This document shows, piece after piece, positions 8,619-17,851 of a stretch of 64,000 nt of DNA (its first letter is position 1; every line of letters starts with the position of its first letter). Under the pieces are notes generated by a model. It was given only the letters and a program-made list of their open reading frames with translations. It was not told the DNA's origin and made no database searches. The position numbers and the translations under genes are program-made. Source of the stretch: Bryobacterales bacterium (GTDB lineage Bacteria; Acidobacteriota; Terriglobia; Bryobacterales; UBA6623); assembly GCA_965242705.1 (NCBI GenBank), contig OZ251486.1:333945-397944 (forward strand). Reading direction: 5' to 3'.

Positions 8619-11600
8619 TTATTCAACGGCGATCGTGGCGTCGGACTGGCTGATGCGGCTGGCGACGGCGAGGCGCAACTCGGCGGCGTTTGACGGGGTG
8701 AGGTTGCGCGGGACTTCCACGACCACCAAGTTGACCCCGGCCATGTCCGGGGCCAGTCCCGAAAAGCGGACGTTCTCCGCGGGCAAGGGCCAAACGCCGA
8801 TCCAGACCCGCGGGCGCGCCGCCGTATGCCGCAGCACGGCGTTCGAGCCGTCTTCGAGGCAGACGCCGTCCGGGGCGCATGAGTTCATCCCGTCGACCAA
8901 CGGCGGCTCCACCGCGCCCAGACCCGTCGCGTAGATCTCCAGCACGTCGCCGGCGCGCGCCGGGCGGCTGCCCGCGCTGAAACCCAGCGGCGCCGCCAAG
9001 TCGGTCGTGCCCGCGAACAACGCCAGCGCTTGGCCTTGCCCCGTGCCCGACGCCGTGAACACGCCCGGCGCATAGGGGCCGACCCAGAAGCGCCGCGGCC
9101 AACTGCTCTCGCCGCCGGACTCCACCACCACGCTCGCCAAAGCCAAGCCGCCCGCCGCTGTCTCTTCGCCGCCCAACTCCCAGGGCAACTGCGCCTCGAT
9201 GCGCCGCGGCCCCACCGAAAACAGAGGAACCGCCGCCCCGTCGAACAACACGCGCGCGCCGCCCAGGCTCGTCGGCAGCGGGAAGCCCTCGGCCATGACC
9301 GGCTCGCCGGATGCGAAGTTCACGCCCTGCACGACCACCAGCGAACCCGGCGACACGGGCAGCAACTGCGGCCCGAACAGCCCCGCCTCGCCGTAGGCGC
9401 TCGCCCGCGCCGCGTCGAACACGCCGCCGCTCTCCGATACGTCCGGCCCCGTCGGCGGGGGGACTTCCAGCACGATATTCACTCTGGCCGTGAGGCGTCC
9501 GCCGGCGCGGATGTACAGCCGTCCGCGGTGAGTTCCCGGCCGCAGCCCCAGCGGATTGACGGTCACGAGCAGGGTGATCGTCTCGCCGTCGGCCAGGCGG
9601 CCTCTCCACTGGGCAGCGCTGCCCTCCGCCCGCGAGACCTGGATCCAGCGCGCGCTGGGCAGCGCCTGGAAGTCCGTTGCGCCGCCTTCGGCGCGCAGCG
9701 TCAGCGTCTGCGACATCGGCTCGCCCGGGTCGGCGTTCGGCGCCGGCGCGAACGACAACTCGGAAACGCCCACCGGCTCCACCGACGGCCCCGGAGCCCC
9801 CGGTTGTTGCGGTGGTTCCGATACGGGTACGAGTTTGGGTTCGAAAATGGTTATGCGGCACGGCCCGAGAGGATCGCTGCCCGGCGGCTGCGGGCTGACC
9901 TTGCGGATGCGGTTGTTGAGCCTGTCGGCGACGTAGAGATTGCCCGCGCCGTCCACCGCCACGCCCGAGGGTTGGCGCAGGCGTGCTGCGGTCGCGGCGC
10001 ATTCATCCCCGTTGTGGCCGGATTGGCCGCTTCCCGCGACGGTGGAGATATTGCCCGTAGAAGCGTCCACTTTGCGGATGCGGTTGTTGTTCCTGTCGGC
10101 GATGTAGAGATTGTTCGACGAGTCCACGGCCACGCTGTAGGGTTGGTTGAGGCGCGCCGAAGCGGCCGCTCCGCCATCCCCGCTGAAGCCGACGAGGGAG
10201 TAGCTTCCCGCGACCGTAGAGATGACGCCCGTGGAGGCGTCCACCTTGCGGATGCTGTGGCTGGCGTTTGCGGCGATGTAGAAGTTGCCCGCCGAGTCCA
10301 CGGCCACGTCCTGGATCTCGAAGAGCCGCGCCGCCGTCGCCGCGCCCCCGCCGCCGACCGTTGTCCCGCCTCCCGCGACGGTGGTAATCACGCCTGCCGT
10401 ATCCACTTTGCGAATTCGGAAGCTGTAGCGGTCAACGAAGTAGATGTTGCCCGAGCCGTCCACGTCCAGGCCGTAGGGGAATCTGAGGTTCGCCGAAACG
10501 GCTGGTCCGCCGTCGCCGCTGTAGCCGTACGTCCCGCTTCCCGCCACGGTGGAGATGACGCCCGTGGAGGCGTCCACTTTGCGGATGCGGTTGTTTCTGG
10601 TATCGGCGACGTACAGGTTGCCCGCCGAGTCCGCCGCTACGTCGCGGGGCAAGGCGAGTTGCGCCGACGAGGCCGCGCCGCCGTCGCCGCTGTAGCCGTA
10701 CGTCCCGTCTCCCGCGACGGTGGAGATGATGCCCGTGGAGGCGTCCACCTTGCGGATGCGGTTGTTCCACGTATCGGCGACGTAGAGGTTGCCCGCCGAG
10801 TCCGCGGTTACCTCTTGGGGCAAGGCGAGTTGCGCCGCCGGGGCCGCTTCGCCGTCGCCGATATTGCTCGTTCCCGCGACGGTGGAGATGGCGCCCGAAG
10901 CATCCACCTTGCGGATGCGGTGGTTGCCCCGGTCGGCGACGTAGAGGTTGCCCGCCGAGTCCGCCGCTACGCCGTAGGGCAAGAAGAGTTGCGCCGCCGT
11001 TGCTGCGCCCCCATCGCCGCTGTAGCCGCCCGTCCCGTCTCCCACGACGGTGGAGATGGCGCCCGAAGCATCCACCTTGCGGATGCGGTGGTTGTTGGCA
11101 TCGGCGATGTAGATGTTGCCCGCGCGGTCCACCGCTACGCCGCGGGGCCGTGAGATCCGCGCCGCCGTTCCCGCGCCGCCGTCCCCGTTGTAGCCGGACG
11201 TCCCGGTTCCCGCGACGGTGGAGATGATGCCCGTGGAGGCATCCACCTTGTAGACGAGGAAACTGAGCGTAACAGCGATGTAGAGGTTGCCCCTGCCGTC
11301 CACCGCTACGTCGTTGGGATCTGAGAGATGCGTCGCCGTCGCCAGCCTGCCGGCTGGGTCTATGCTGCGAATCCCGGTGCCTGCGACGGTAGAGACGTTG
11401 CCCGAAGCATCCACCCTGCGGATGCGTTGGTTGAACGTATCGGCGATGTAGATGTTGCCCGCCGAATCCACGGCCACGCCGCTGGGGCCGTCGAATTGCG
11501 CCGCCGCCGCCGGTCCGCCGTCCCCGCCGTAACCGCGCGTCCCGTCTCCCGCGACGGTGGAGATGGCGCCCGTAGAAGCGTCCACCTTGCGGATGCGGTC

Positions 11601-11960
11601 GTTCTGCTGATCGGCGATGTAGAGATTGTTCGACGAGTCCACGGCCACGCCGCTGGGGAAGGAAAGCTGCGCCGCCGCCGCCGCGGCCCCATCGCCGCTG
11701 TAGCCGCCCGCCCCGGTTCCCGCGACGGTGGAGATGGCGCCCGAAGCATCCACCTTGCGGATGCGGTGTGCGTACGTATCGGCGATGTAGAGGTTGCCCG
11801 CGCCGTCCACGGCCACGCCGCTGGGGAAGCGCAGGGATGCCGCCGCGGCCGCGCCGCCGTCGCCTACGCCCCTGCTGCCCGCGACCGTCTGGATGACGGC
11901 GTCGCTTTGCGCCGCCAAGCGGGGAGTGAAGAGCGGCGCGTGGAGAGCGATCGCCGCCAA
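8619..11960 (-). CDS. NHL-repeat protein with Solibacter-type (TIGR03437-like) C-terminal domain, paralog 1
   Basis: 1113-aa ORF. More than 15 NHL-type units (GNLY(I/V)AD..N.RIRKVDA.G.ISTVAG). The C-terminal about 420 aa are nearly identical to the 35232..37655 gene and end ..PRNLTPSNAAELRLAVASRISQSDATIAVE. Only a TTG start (11960) is available. Confidence 0.85.
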   Translation of the reverse strand: MAAIALHAPLFTPRLAAQSDAVIQTVAGSRGVGDGGAAAAASLRFPSGVAVDGAGNLYIADTYAHRIRKVDASGAISTVAGTGAGGYSGDGAAAAAAQLSFPSGVAVDSSNNLYIADQQNDRIRKVDASTGAISTVAGDGTRGYGGDGGPAAAAQFDGPSGVAVDSAGNIYIADTFNQRIRRVDASGNVSTVAGTGIRSIDPAGRLATATHLSDPNDVAVDGRGNLYIAVTLSFLVYKVDASTGIISTVAGTGTSGYNGDGGAGTAARISRPRGVAVDRAGNIYIADANNHRIRKVDASGAISTVVGDGTGGYSGDGGAATAAQLFLPYGVAADSAGNLYVADRGNHRIRKVDASGAISTVAGTSNIGDGEAAPAAQLALPQEVTADSAGNLYVADTWNNRIRKVDASTGIISTVAGDGTYGYSGDGGAASSAQLALPRDVAADSAGNLYVADTRNNRIRKVDASTGVISTVAGSGTYGYSGDGGPAVSANLRFPYGLDVDGSGNIYFVDRYSFRIRKVDTAGVITTVAGGGTTVGGGGAATAARLFEIQDVAVDSAGNFYIAANASHSIRKVDASTGVISTVAGSYSLVGFSGDGGAAASARLNQPYSVAVDSSNNLYIADRNNNRIRKVDASTGNISTVAGSGQSGHNGDECAATAARLRQPSGVAVDGAGNLYVADRLNNRIRKVSPQPPGSDPLGPCRITIFEPKLVPVSEPPQQPGAPGPSVEPVGVSELSFAPAPNADPGEPMSQTLTLRAEGGATDFQALPSARWIQVSRAEGSAAQWRGRLADGETITLLVTVNPLGLRPGTHRGRLYIRAGGRLTARVNIVLEVPPPTGPDVSESGGVFDAARASAYGEAGLFGPQLLPVSPGSLVVVQGVNFASGEPVMAEGFPLPTSLGGARVLFDGAAVPLFSVGPRRIEAQLPWELGGEETAAGGLALASVVVESGGESSWPRRFWVGPYAPGVFTASGTGQGQALALFAGTTDLAAPLGFSAGSRPARAGDVLEIYATGLGAVEPPLVDGMNSCAPDGVCLEDGSNAVLRHTAARPRVWIGVWPLPAENVRFSGLAPDMAGVNLVVVEVPRNLTPSNAAELRLAVASRISQSDATIAVE

Positions 11961-12112
11961 GGCGGCCGCCGCCCGCAGCGAGTGAAGAACACAACTCCCG
12001 CGCCCGCGCGAAAGCCCCGCCTTGGCGGCGGCAAGCAGGGCGCGGAGAGCAGACGGAAGAGAAAGAAGAAGCCGCGGGTCAGAGAGCGCGGCGAGCGCGC
12101 TTCTCCTTATAC

Positions 12113-12224
12113 GGGCTGACGGGCTGACGGGCTGACGGGCTGACGGGCTGACGGGCTGACGGGCTGACGGGCTGACGGGCTGACGGGCTGACGGGCTGAC
12201 GGGCTGACGGGCTGACGGGCTGAC
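12113..12224. repeat. Perfect tandem octamer array (GGGCTGAC)x14
   Basis: 112 bp of uninterrupted GGGCTGAC units read directly. Located 150 bp 5' of NHL paralog 1. An identical array is at 37995..38106. Confidence 0.97.
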
Positions 12225-12232
12225 CTCTTCTC

Positions 12233-12262
12233 ATGATACATCCTTCTCGCCTCTCATCGCAA
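12233..12262 (-). promoter_or_regulatory. Candidate sigma70-type promoter (TTGCGA-N18-TATCAT) firing into the octamer array toward NHL paralog 1
   Basis: On the minus strand, TTGCGA (12262-12257), an 18-nt spacer, TATCAT (12238-12233). A homologous TTGCAC-N18-TATACT sits at the same offset from the second array. Confidence 0.4.
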
Positions 12263-12437
12263 CAAAAAATTCGCGGCGACCCCAAAAACCATCCAAGCCG
12301 CCGATGAAACCCTATTTTCCCCTTCCCGCGCCGCCTTGTCAACAGCGCGGCGCATTTCCCGAGTCTTTTGGAAGGTCTGAACAAGCGCGGGCAGCCGGCC
12401 TGCCCGGGCAGGGCCAATGCGTCGATTTTCTTCTGCA

Positions 12438-12652
12438 GGGCTTCGGATCGGAAGGCGCTGAACGCATCCGGTCGATTTTCGGCGGCGCGATGCAAAAATA
12501 AGTGATCATTGGTGAACATTGGCGAGCAAGGTGAACAATCCGTGCATGAAGCCCTTCTTTTAACTGCATGAACCCCGTCACGCTTGACGGCTGCGCCGTG
12601 ATTGCGCTTCGGGGTTTCTGCGTCGGGGGCTGCGAGTCGGGCGGCTGCGCCC
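12438..12652 (+). repeat. About 210-bp conserved non-coding element, copy A (inverted copy at 44460..44676)
   Basis: 30/30 identical block gctgaacgcatccggtcgattttcggcggc (12457-12486 vs revcomp of 44631-44660). Further identical blocks include attggcgagcaaggtgaacaatcc, catgaaccccgtca and gcttgacgg. Indels break any common reading frame. Confidence 0.75.
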
Positions 12653-12705
12653 GCCGCCGGCGCCGGCTTGCGCGGAGCTTTCTCAACTATCCGCTCACGG
12701 CCGGG

Positions 12706-13893
12706 CTATCCGCATTTGTTGTTGTCGCAGGGGCGGTGGCAGACGACCTTGTGGTCGGGCGTCAGGGTGCAGCCCACGGCGTCTTCGTCGCTCTGGCCGC
12801 AGCGGAAGAAGCATTCCGGCTCGCCGGGCGGGTTCTGGTTGGCGCGTGGGGGGCGGTTGCCGCCGCGGCCTCCCAGGGCTTCCCGCAGCGCGTTTTCGGC
12901 GATGCCGAGCGTCCGCGCCGCCGCGGCCATGTTTACCGGCTTGATGCTGCCGGGCTCGACGCGCAAGGCCTCGGCGACCTTGCCGCTGTCGATGCCCAGG
13001 GCCGCCGCGGCTTTGGAGACCTGCTCGGCGCCCGGGCGCGGGCCGCCGCCCGGCTCCCGCCGCGGCCGGCGGACGGGGCGGTTTTCGCTGACCGCGGGGC
13101 GCGACCGCCCGCGGTTGCGCATGCCCAGCGGCTCGCCGGAATAGCAGCCGATGATATAGGGCCACGTTTCCGTGGCGTGGTAGTGGTAATCGCCCGAATC
13201 GTCGGTATGGCCGTTGCAGGCGTCGAGGTATTCGGGGCCGTCTTTGGCGACATAGTCCCAGGCGTCCCAGGAATCGGTGTCGGGATTGCCGACTTTTTCC
13301 CAACTGCTTTTGAATTTCACGACGTCGGCGCAGTCGGCGTCGAGGCAGCCCCAGGGGCCGCGGATGGCGAAGCCGTCGTAGGCGAAACCGAGGATCGGCG
13401 AGCGTTCGCCTTCCCGCGCGCCGCTCAAGCAGCGCTGCACCAGCGCGTGGTAGTGGTATTCGAGCGCCGTATGCCCCATGCAGGCGTCCATGATGGAGTG
13501 CATCACCGGGTCGCCGAACTCGGCTTCCTGCGGCACCGGGCCTTCATTGGGTCCGAAAATGGCCAGCCCGCCGATGCTGAAGCCTTCGCTGCCCAGCAGC
13601 GGGATGGGGGTCGGCCTGTCGGCTTTTTGCGGATTCAGGGGAACGCGGAATTCGTAGTTCTGCTCGATCAGGGGATTGGGCGTGACCTGAATGAACTCGT
13701 AGTGCGGGATGCCGTTGGAGCGGACGACCAGCTCATCGCCTTCGCAGGAGGCTTCGAGGCGCGGCTTGGGGTATTCGGGTCCGGCGCCCTCGTATTTCGA
13801 GACGTCGAGGAAAACGTCGGTCGGGCAGGGCTTCCGTTGAGCCGGGACCAGGGCCGCGGCGAGAGCGAGGAAAACGCCCAGTCGGAACGTCAT
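12706..13893 (-). CDS. YHYH domain-containing secreted protein with a Cys-rich C-terminal tail
   Basis: ORF 12706..13944. The ATG at 13893 (ATGA overlap with the upstream stop) gives the signal MTFRLGVFLALAAALVPAQ. Motifs HTALEYHYHA and GDYHYHATE are present. Confidence 0.8.
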   Translation of the reverse strand: MTFRLGVFLALAAALVPAQRKPCPTDVFLDVSKYEGAGPEYPKPRLEASCEGDELVVRSNGIPHYEFIQVTPNPLIEQNYEFRVPLNPQKADRPTPIPLLGSEGFSIGGLAIFGPNEGPVPQEAEFGDPVMHSIMDACMGHTALEYHYHALVQRCLSGAREGERSPILGFAYDGFAIRGPWGCLDADCADVVKFKSSWEKVGNPDTDSWDAWDYVAKDGPEYLDACNGHTDDSGDYHYHATETWPYIIGCYSGEPLGMRNRGRSRPAVSENRPVRRPRREPGGGPRPGAEQVSKAAAALGIDSGKVAEALRVEPGSIKPVNMAAAARTLGIAENALREALGGRGGNRPPRANQNPPGEPECFFRCGQSDEDAVGCTLTPDHKVVCHRPCDNNKCG

Positions 13894-14738
13894 GGCTTGC
13901 GGGCCTCCAGGTGTTCGCGCAGAAAGTCGATGGTGAGCGGCCAAGCCGCTTGCGCGGCGGCCAGGTTGGCTCCGCCGCGGGCCTTTTGCTGCCGCAGGAA
14001 GGCGTGTCCCGCGCCGTCGAAAATATGCGGGGCATAGCTTTTGCCGAGTTGGCGCATGACGCGCGCCGCTTCGGGAATCGCAGCGTTGACGCGGGCGTCG
14101 TCCGCGCCGTAGAGGCCGAGCACGGGGGCGCGTATCCGCCCCAGGGTCTTGCGCTCCGGCGACGTTCCGTAATAGACGACCGCGGCGCCCAGCCGGTCTT
14201 CGTTGCCGGCGAACTCGAAGCTCGCCGCCCCGCCCCAGCAGAAGCCGATGCAGCCGTACCTGCCGTTGGAGGCGGGCAGGGAGGCCGCCCAGCGCGCCGT
14301 CGAGGTCAGCCGGCGCGCCACGTCTTCGGTGCGGCGCCCGCGGATCAGCTTGACCGCCTCTTGCGCGTCGTCGGGCGTTCGGCTGGCGGGGCCGTAGCCG
14401 CTCAGCAGGTCGGGCGCAACGGCGATGAAGCCCGCGGCGGCGAGCTGGTCGGCGACGGCGCGAACCCAGTCGGTCAGGCCGAAGATTTCATGGATGACGA
14501 TGACGGCCGGAGCGCGGGTCGCCCGTTCGGGATACGACACCCAGGCGTGAACCGAATCGCTCCACGAATCGCTGCGGCCTTCGCGGATTTCGATCCATTC
14601 GCCATGGCGCGGGGATGCGTTCAGGCGGGCAACGGCGGATTCGGCGTCGGCGGGCAGCTCATCTTCCCCGCCGCGGGCAGCGGCCCAAGCAAAGGCCGCG
14701 GCGGCGAGCAGTGCCGCCGGCAAGATGCGGAGTTTCAT
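13890..14738 (-). CDS. Dienelactone hydrolase family protein
   Basis: 282 aa with a signal peptide. Motifs VIVIHEIFGLTDWVR..AD.LA..GF.A.APDL and CIGFCWGG are typical of the DLH family. Confidence 0.85.
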   Translation of the reverse strand: MKLRILPAALLAAAAFAWAAARGGEDELPADAESAVARLNASPRHGEWIEIREGRSDSWSDSVHAWVSYPERATRAPAVIVIHEIFGLTDWVRAVADQLAAAGFIAVAPDLLSGYGPASRTPDDAQEAVKLIRGRRTEDVARRLTSTARWAASLPASNGRYGCIGFCWGGAASFEFAGNEDRLGAAVVYYGTSPERKTLGRIRAPVLGLYGADDARVNAAIPEAARVMRQLGKSYAPHIFDGAGHAFLRQQKARGGANLAAAQAAWPLTIDFLREHLEARKP

Positions 14739-14786
14739 ACGAACCGCCGCCGCTCATCATAGCGCGGACAGCGGGGCAAGCGCATT

Positions 14787-16322
14787 CTACAGCGTTTTTT
14801 CGCGCTCGTGCTCATAGACGACGTTGCCGTCAACGTCATGGAAGCGGAAGGCGATTTTGCTCTTGTCGAGCATTTTCTCGGCGGTTACCGAGAGGAAACC
14901 GCCGGCCACGCGGTGGAAGCGGTGGTAGTCGCCGTCTTCGCCCGGGCTGCCGCCGGCATGTTCGTCCGTCGCCGGCCCGGATGAAAATTCGTTGACGCCC
15001 GTTGCCGGATGCACCGAATGGTACTGCCAATGCCGGTCGCCGCAGGCGATGAAGAAGTTGTCGGGCAGGTTTTCGGCGAACCATTGGCGCATTTCGTCCC
15101 CTTCGCGGGTGAAGCCCTTGTTGGCGTGGTTGTCGTTTTTGTTGCTGCGGTCGGGGCCGACGATCGGCGTCGGGCTGACGAGCACTTTCCAATCGGCGTT
15201 GCTTTCGAGCAGCGTTTGCTTGAGCCAGCTTTTTTGCGTTTCGCCCCAAATGCTCTTGCCGGGGCCGTCTTCCATGGTGTTGGGCGAACGAAAATCGCGC
15301 CCCTCGACTACCCATACCTGCAAGCCCTTGCCCCAGCGGAAGGTGCGGTACGGCAATTCGCTCATCGGCGCCTGCTCGCTGTACACCTTCAGCCCCTGTT
15401 CCCAACTGAAGGTTCCCATGTACCAGCGGCTCATGCCCGGCCAGTTGTCGTTGTGGTATGAGTCGTGGTCGTCTTTTTCCCAGTAGCCCGGCACGCTGAG
15501 ATGGAATTCCAGAATGGTCGGGAAGCTGTACATGCGATGCCAATGGAAGCGCGCCAAGTCGATTGAGGTGGCCAGCGGCGCGTCGCTGTCGTAATAAACC
15601 GTGTCGCCCGTGGGCACGATGAACTTCGGCGCGAGCTTGAGCATGGACGGATAGATCTTGAAGCCGTCGGGGTGGTCGTGGTCGTGGTTGGACTGCCCGG
15701 TGACCACGGTGAAAGTCACGGCGGCGTATTCGTCTTCGGGCGGCGCGGTTTCGAAGCGCGCGTTCAGCGGCTTGTGCAGCACCGCGCCCGCGGCGTCGGA
15801 AGTTTCGGTCTCGACGTAATAGACGGTCGCGGGCTTCAGGCCGCTGAGCTTGAAGTGGTGCGTGTAGTCGTCTTCGGCGCCGACTTCGAACCATTCGCTC
15901 TCGACGGGGTCGAAGAAATTGACGTTGTCCGCGTAGCGCAGGCGCACGCGGCCGGGGGCGCCGGGAACGGAGTGCTGCAAGCCGCTCGGGTCGAGTTGAT
16001 TGTGCAACAGCCGGACGCCGCCGTCATTGTCCTGCAGGCCGGAATGCTGCGAGTCTCTCGGCTCATGCTGCACGACAAGTTTGTTTTCATGCCCGGCGGG
16101 CGGCTCTTCGTACTTCGGCTTGACCACGCGGGCGCGGATGGGCGTTCCGTCGGCGCGGCGGCCGGCGGCGGCGGTAACCCGCGTCCAGACGACCGCCGCG
16201 GTCGAGGTGACTTCGCCGATCTTGACGCCGGTCGCCTGCCGGGATTCCTGCAAGTACTCGACGTCGGAACCGCAGCTTGCGGCGGCGGCGAGGGAAAGAA
16301 CGACCGCGGGGAAACAGCGCAT
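14787..16322 (-). CDS. PhoD-like alkaline phosphatase/metallophosphatase (lipoprotein-type signal)
   Basis: 511 aa. N-terminus LSLAAAASCGS. Metallophosphatase motifs PTGDTVYYD, WEKDDHDSYHNDNW, GDRHWQYHS. Confidence 0.85.
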   Translation of the reverse strand: MRCFPAVVLSLAAAASCGSDVEYLQESRQATGVKIGEVTSTAAVVWTRVTAAAGRRADGTPIRARVVKPKYEEPPAGHENKLVVQHEPRDSQHSGLQDNDGGVRLLHNQLDPSGLQHSVPGAPGRVRLRYADNVNFFDPVESEWFEVGAEDDYTHHFKLSGLKPATVYYVETETSDAAGAVLHKPLNARFETAPPEDEYAAVTFTVVTGQSNHDHDHPDGFKIYPSMLKLAPKFIVPTGDTVYYDSDAPLATSIDLARFHWHRMYSFPTILEFHLSVPGYWEKDDHDSYHNDNWPGMSRWYMGTFSWEQGLKVYSEQAPMSELPYRTFRWGKGLQVWVVEGRDFRSPNTMEDGPGKSIWGETQKSWLKQTLLESNADWKVLVSPTPIVGPDRSNKNDNHANKGFTREGDEMRQWFAENLPDNFFIACGDRHWQYHSVHPATGVNEFSSGPATDEHAGGSPGEDGDYHRFHRVAGGFLSVTAEKMLDKSKIAFRFHDVDGNVVYEHEREKTL

Positions 16323-16355
16323 AGAGGCATTGTAAAGGAAGCGCCGGCGCGGTTG

Positions 16356-17120
16356 TCAGTCACGCGGCCCGCGGCGGCGGCTGTCCGCGCGCATTTCTTC
16401 GAGAATCGCTTCGATCCGCTCCAGGCGCTCGCGCAGTTCCTGGCGCTTGGCGTCTTCGCCGACGAAGTATGCGCCGATGGCGGCGGTCAGCGTGGAGAGC
16501 AGCCCCAAGCCCGAGACCATCAGCACGACGGCCAGCAGGCGGCCCGCCGTCGTCTGCGGAACGAGATCGCCGTAGCCGACCGTGCTGACCGTGACCAGCG
16601 CCCACCATAGGCCGTCGAGAAAGCTGTGGTTGACGGTCTGCGGCTCGAGAACGACCAGCAGCGCCGCGCCCAGGGCGGCCAGGGTCAAGCTGAGGATGCT
16701 CATGTAGATCAGGCTTTGGACGCCGACCATGCGGCGCAGCGAGCGGATGCCGCGCAGGAGGGCCGCCGACACACGCATCAGCCGGAGCAGGCGCGCCGCC
16801 CTGGCGATGCGCGCGACGCGCACCGAGGCGAGCAGATCGGGCAGCAGCGGGAAGGAAAGGACGACGATGGCCAAGCCGAGGAAATTGCGCAGGCAGTAGC
16901 GCGCGCGGTCGGCGGCGGCAAGGAACATCAAGCCGAAGTCCAGCACGAAAACGGCCCAGACCGCCCAGTCGGCAAGGGCGATCCACGGCTCCGGTCGGCC
17001 CATCTCCTGGGCGACGACGATCGGAACCGTGGCCAGCGCGGCCATGACCACCATCAGGTCGAGGGGTCTTTCCATGCGCTTGCGCAGCGTTTCGTATTGG
17101 GGCCGGGTGTTGCCGCTCAT
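16356..17120 (-). CDS. Potassium channel protein (ion transport family)
   Basis: ORF 16356..17366. The ATG at 17120 gives MSGNTRPQYETL... K+ selectivity filter TVSTVGYGD. Multiple TM helices, including an Arg-rich S4-like RVARIARAARLLRLMR. Confidence 0.8.
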   Translation of the reverse strand: MSGNTRPQYETLRKRMERPLDLMVVMAALATVPIVVAQEMGRPEPWIALADWAVWAVFVLDFGLMFLAAADRARYCLRNFLGLAIVVLSFPLLPDLLASVRVARIARAARLLRLMRVSAALLRGIRSLRRMVGVQSLIYMSILSLTLAALGAALLVVLEPQTVNHSFLDGLWWALVTVSTVGYGDLVPQTTAGRLLAVVLMVSGLGLLSTLTAAIGAYFVGEDAKRQELRERLERIEAILEEMRADSRRRGPRD

Positions 17121-17156
17121 GCCGGGTTTTCTCGATGACAAGGATATACTTTTGAC

Positions 17157-17621
17157 ATGCGCGCCGTTTGCGCCGCCGTTGCCTTGTCGCTTTGCGCGAG
17201 CTCCGCCGCGCAACTCAAGCGGCCCGACGAGCGGCCCGAGGCGCCGCCGCCGGCGATGGCCGATGAAGACGAAGAATTCGTCGCTCCGACCGCATACGTC
17301 TTCAACCCGATCCGGGCGCAGCGCGAGATGAAGGTCGGCGATCACTACGCCAAAAAGGGCAGCCACCGCGCCGCCGTGGGCCGCTATATCGAGGCTACCC
17401 GCTGGAACCCTTCCTTCGCGCCGGCGTTCTGGAAGCTGGGCCGCTCGCGCGAGAAACTCGATCAGCCGGCGCAGGCGCTGGAGGCGTACAGGATTTTTCT
17501 GGGGCTGGAGAGCGCGGGCAATCGGGCCAAGCAGGTTCGCCGGAAGGTGGCGGAACTGGAGAAAGCGGTCGAAGCGCAGCCGCCCGCCGCCCCCGCTTCA
17601 GGATACTCCAGCCCCAACTGA
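17157..17621 (+). CDS. TPR-like small secreted protein
   Basis: 154 aa with signal MRAVCAAVALSLCASSAAQ. TPR-like helices (GDHYAKKGSHRAAVGRYIEATRWNPSFAPAFWKLGRS..). Confidence 0.6.
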   Translation: MRAVCAAVALSLCASSAAQLKRPDERPEAPPPAMADEDEEFVAPTAYVFNPIRAQREMKVGDHYAKKGSHRAAVGRYIEATRWNPSFAPAFWKLGRSREKLDQPAQALEAYRIFLGLESAGNRAKQVRRKVAELEKAVEAQPPAAPASGYSSPN

Positions 17622-17851
17622 CAACGGCGGATGGGAACCAAGCCTGTTTTCAGCCTGCTTGCCGACCGGCAGGCGCGCTGCCGGTTTCGATGGGCTACCG
17701 GGTGCTCAACGTTTTGTCTTTCTCCGTTTTGAACGTGCAGCGATGGGTTCCCGGAATCGCCGGAGTTTACGTCGAGAAGTCCACCTTCCCATGTTCTCCA
17801 CGCCACGATTGCTTGCAGACCGGTTGCCGGCATATTTGCAGAGGCGGATCA

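Noticed and set aside
12079-12519. ORFs reading through the octamer arrays (SARQPVSP repeats; also 37827..38405)
   Set aside because: The array length (112 bp) is not a multiple of 3. The peptide flanks are unrelated at the two loci although the DNA flanks are homologous. The conservation is at nucleotide level, not protein level.
17622-17851. 230-bp convergent intergenic region inspected for a tRNA or small RNA (contains gggttcccggaatcgcc)
   Set aside because: No acceptor-stem/T-arm pairing or GTTCGAATC-type T-loop could be built, so there is no supportable RNA gene.
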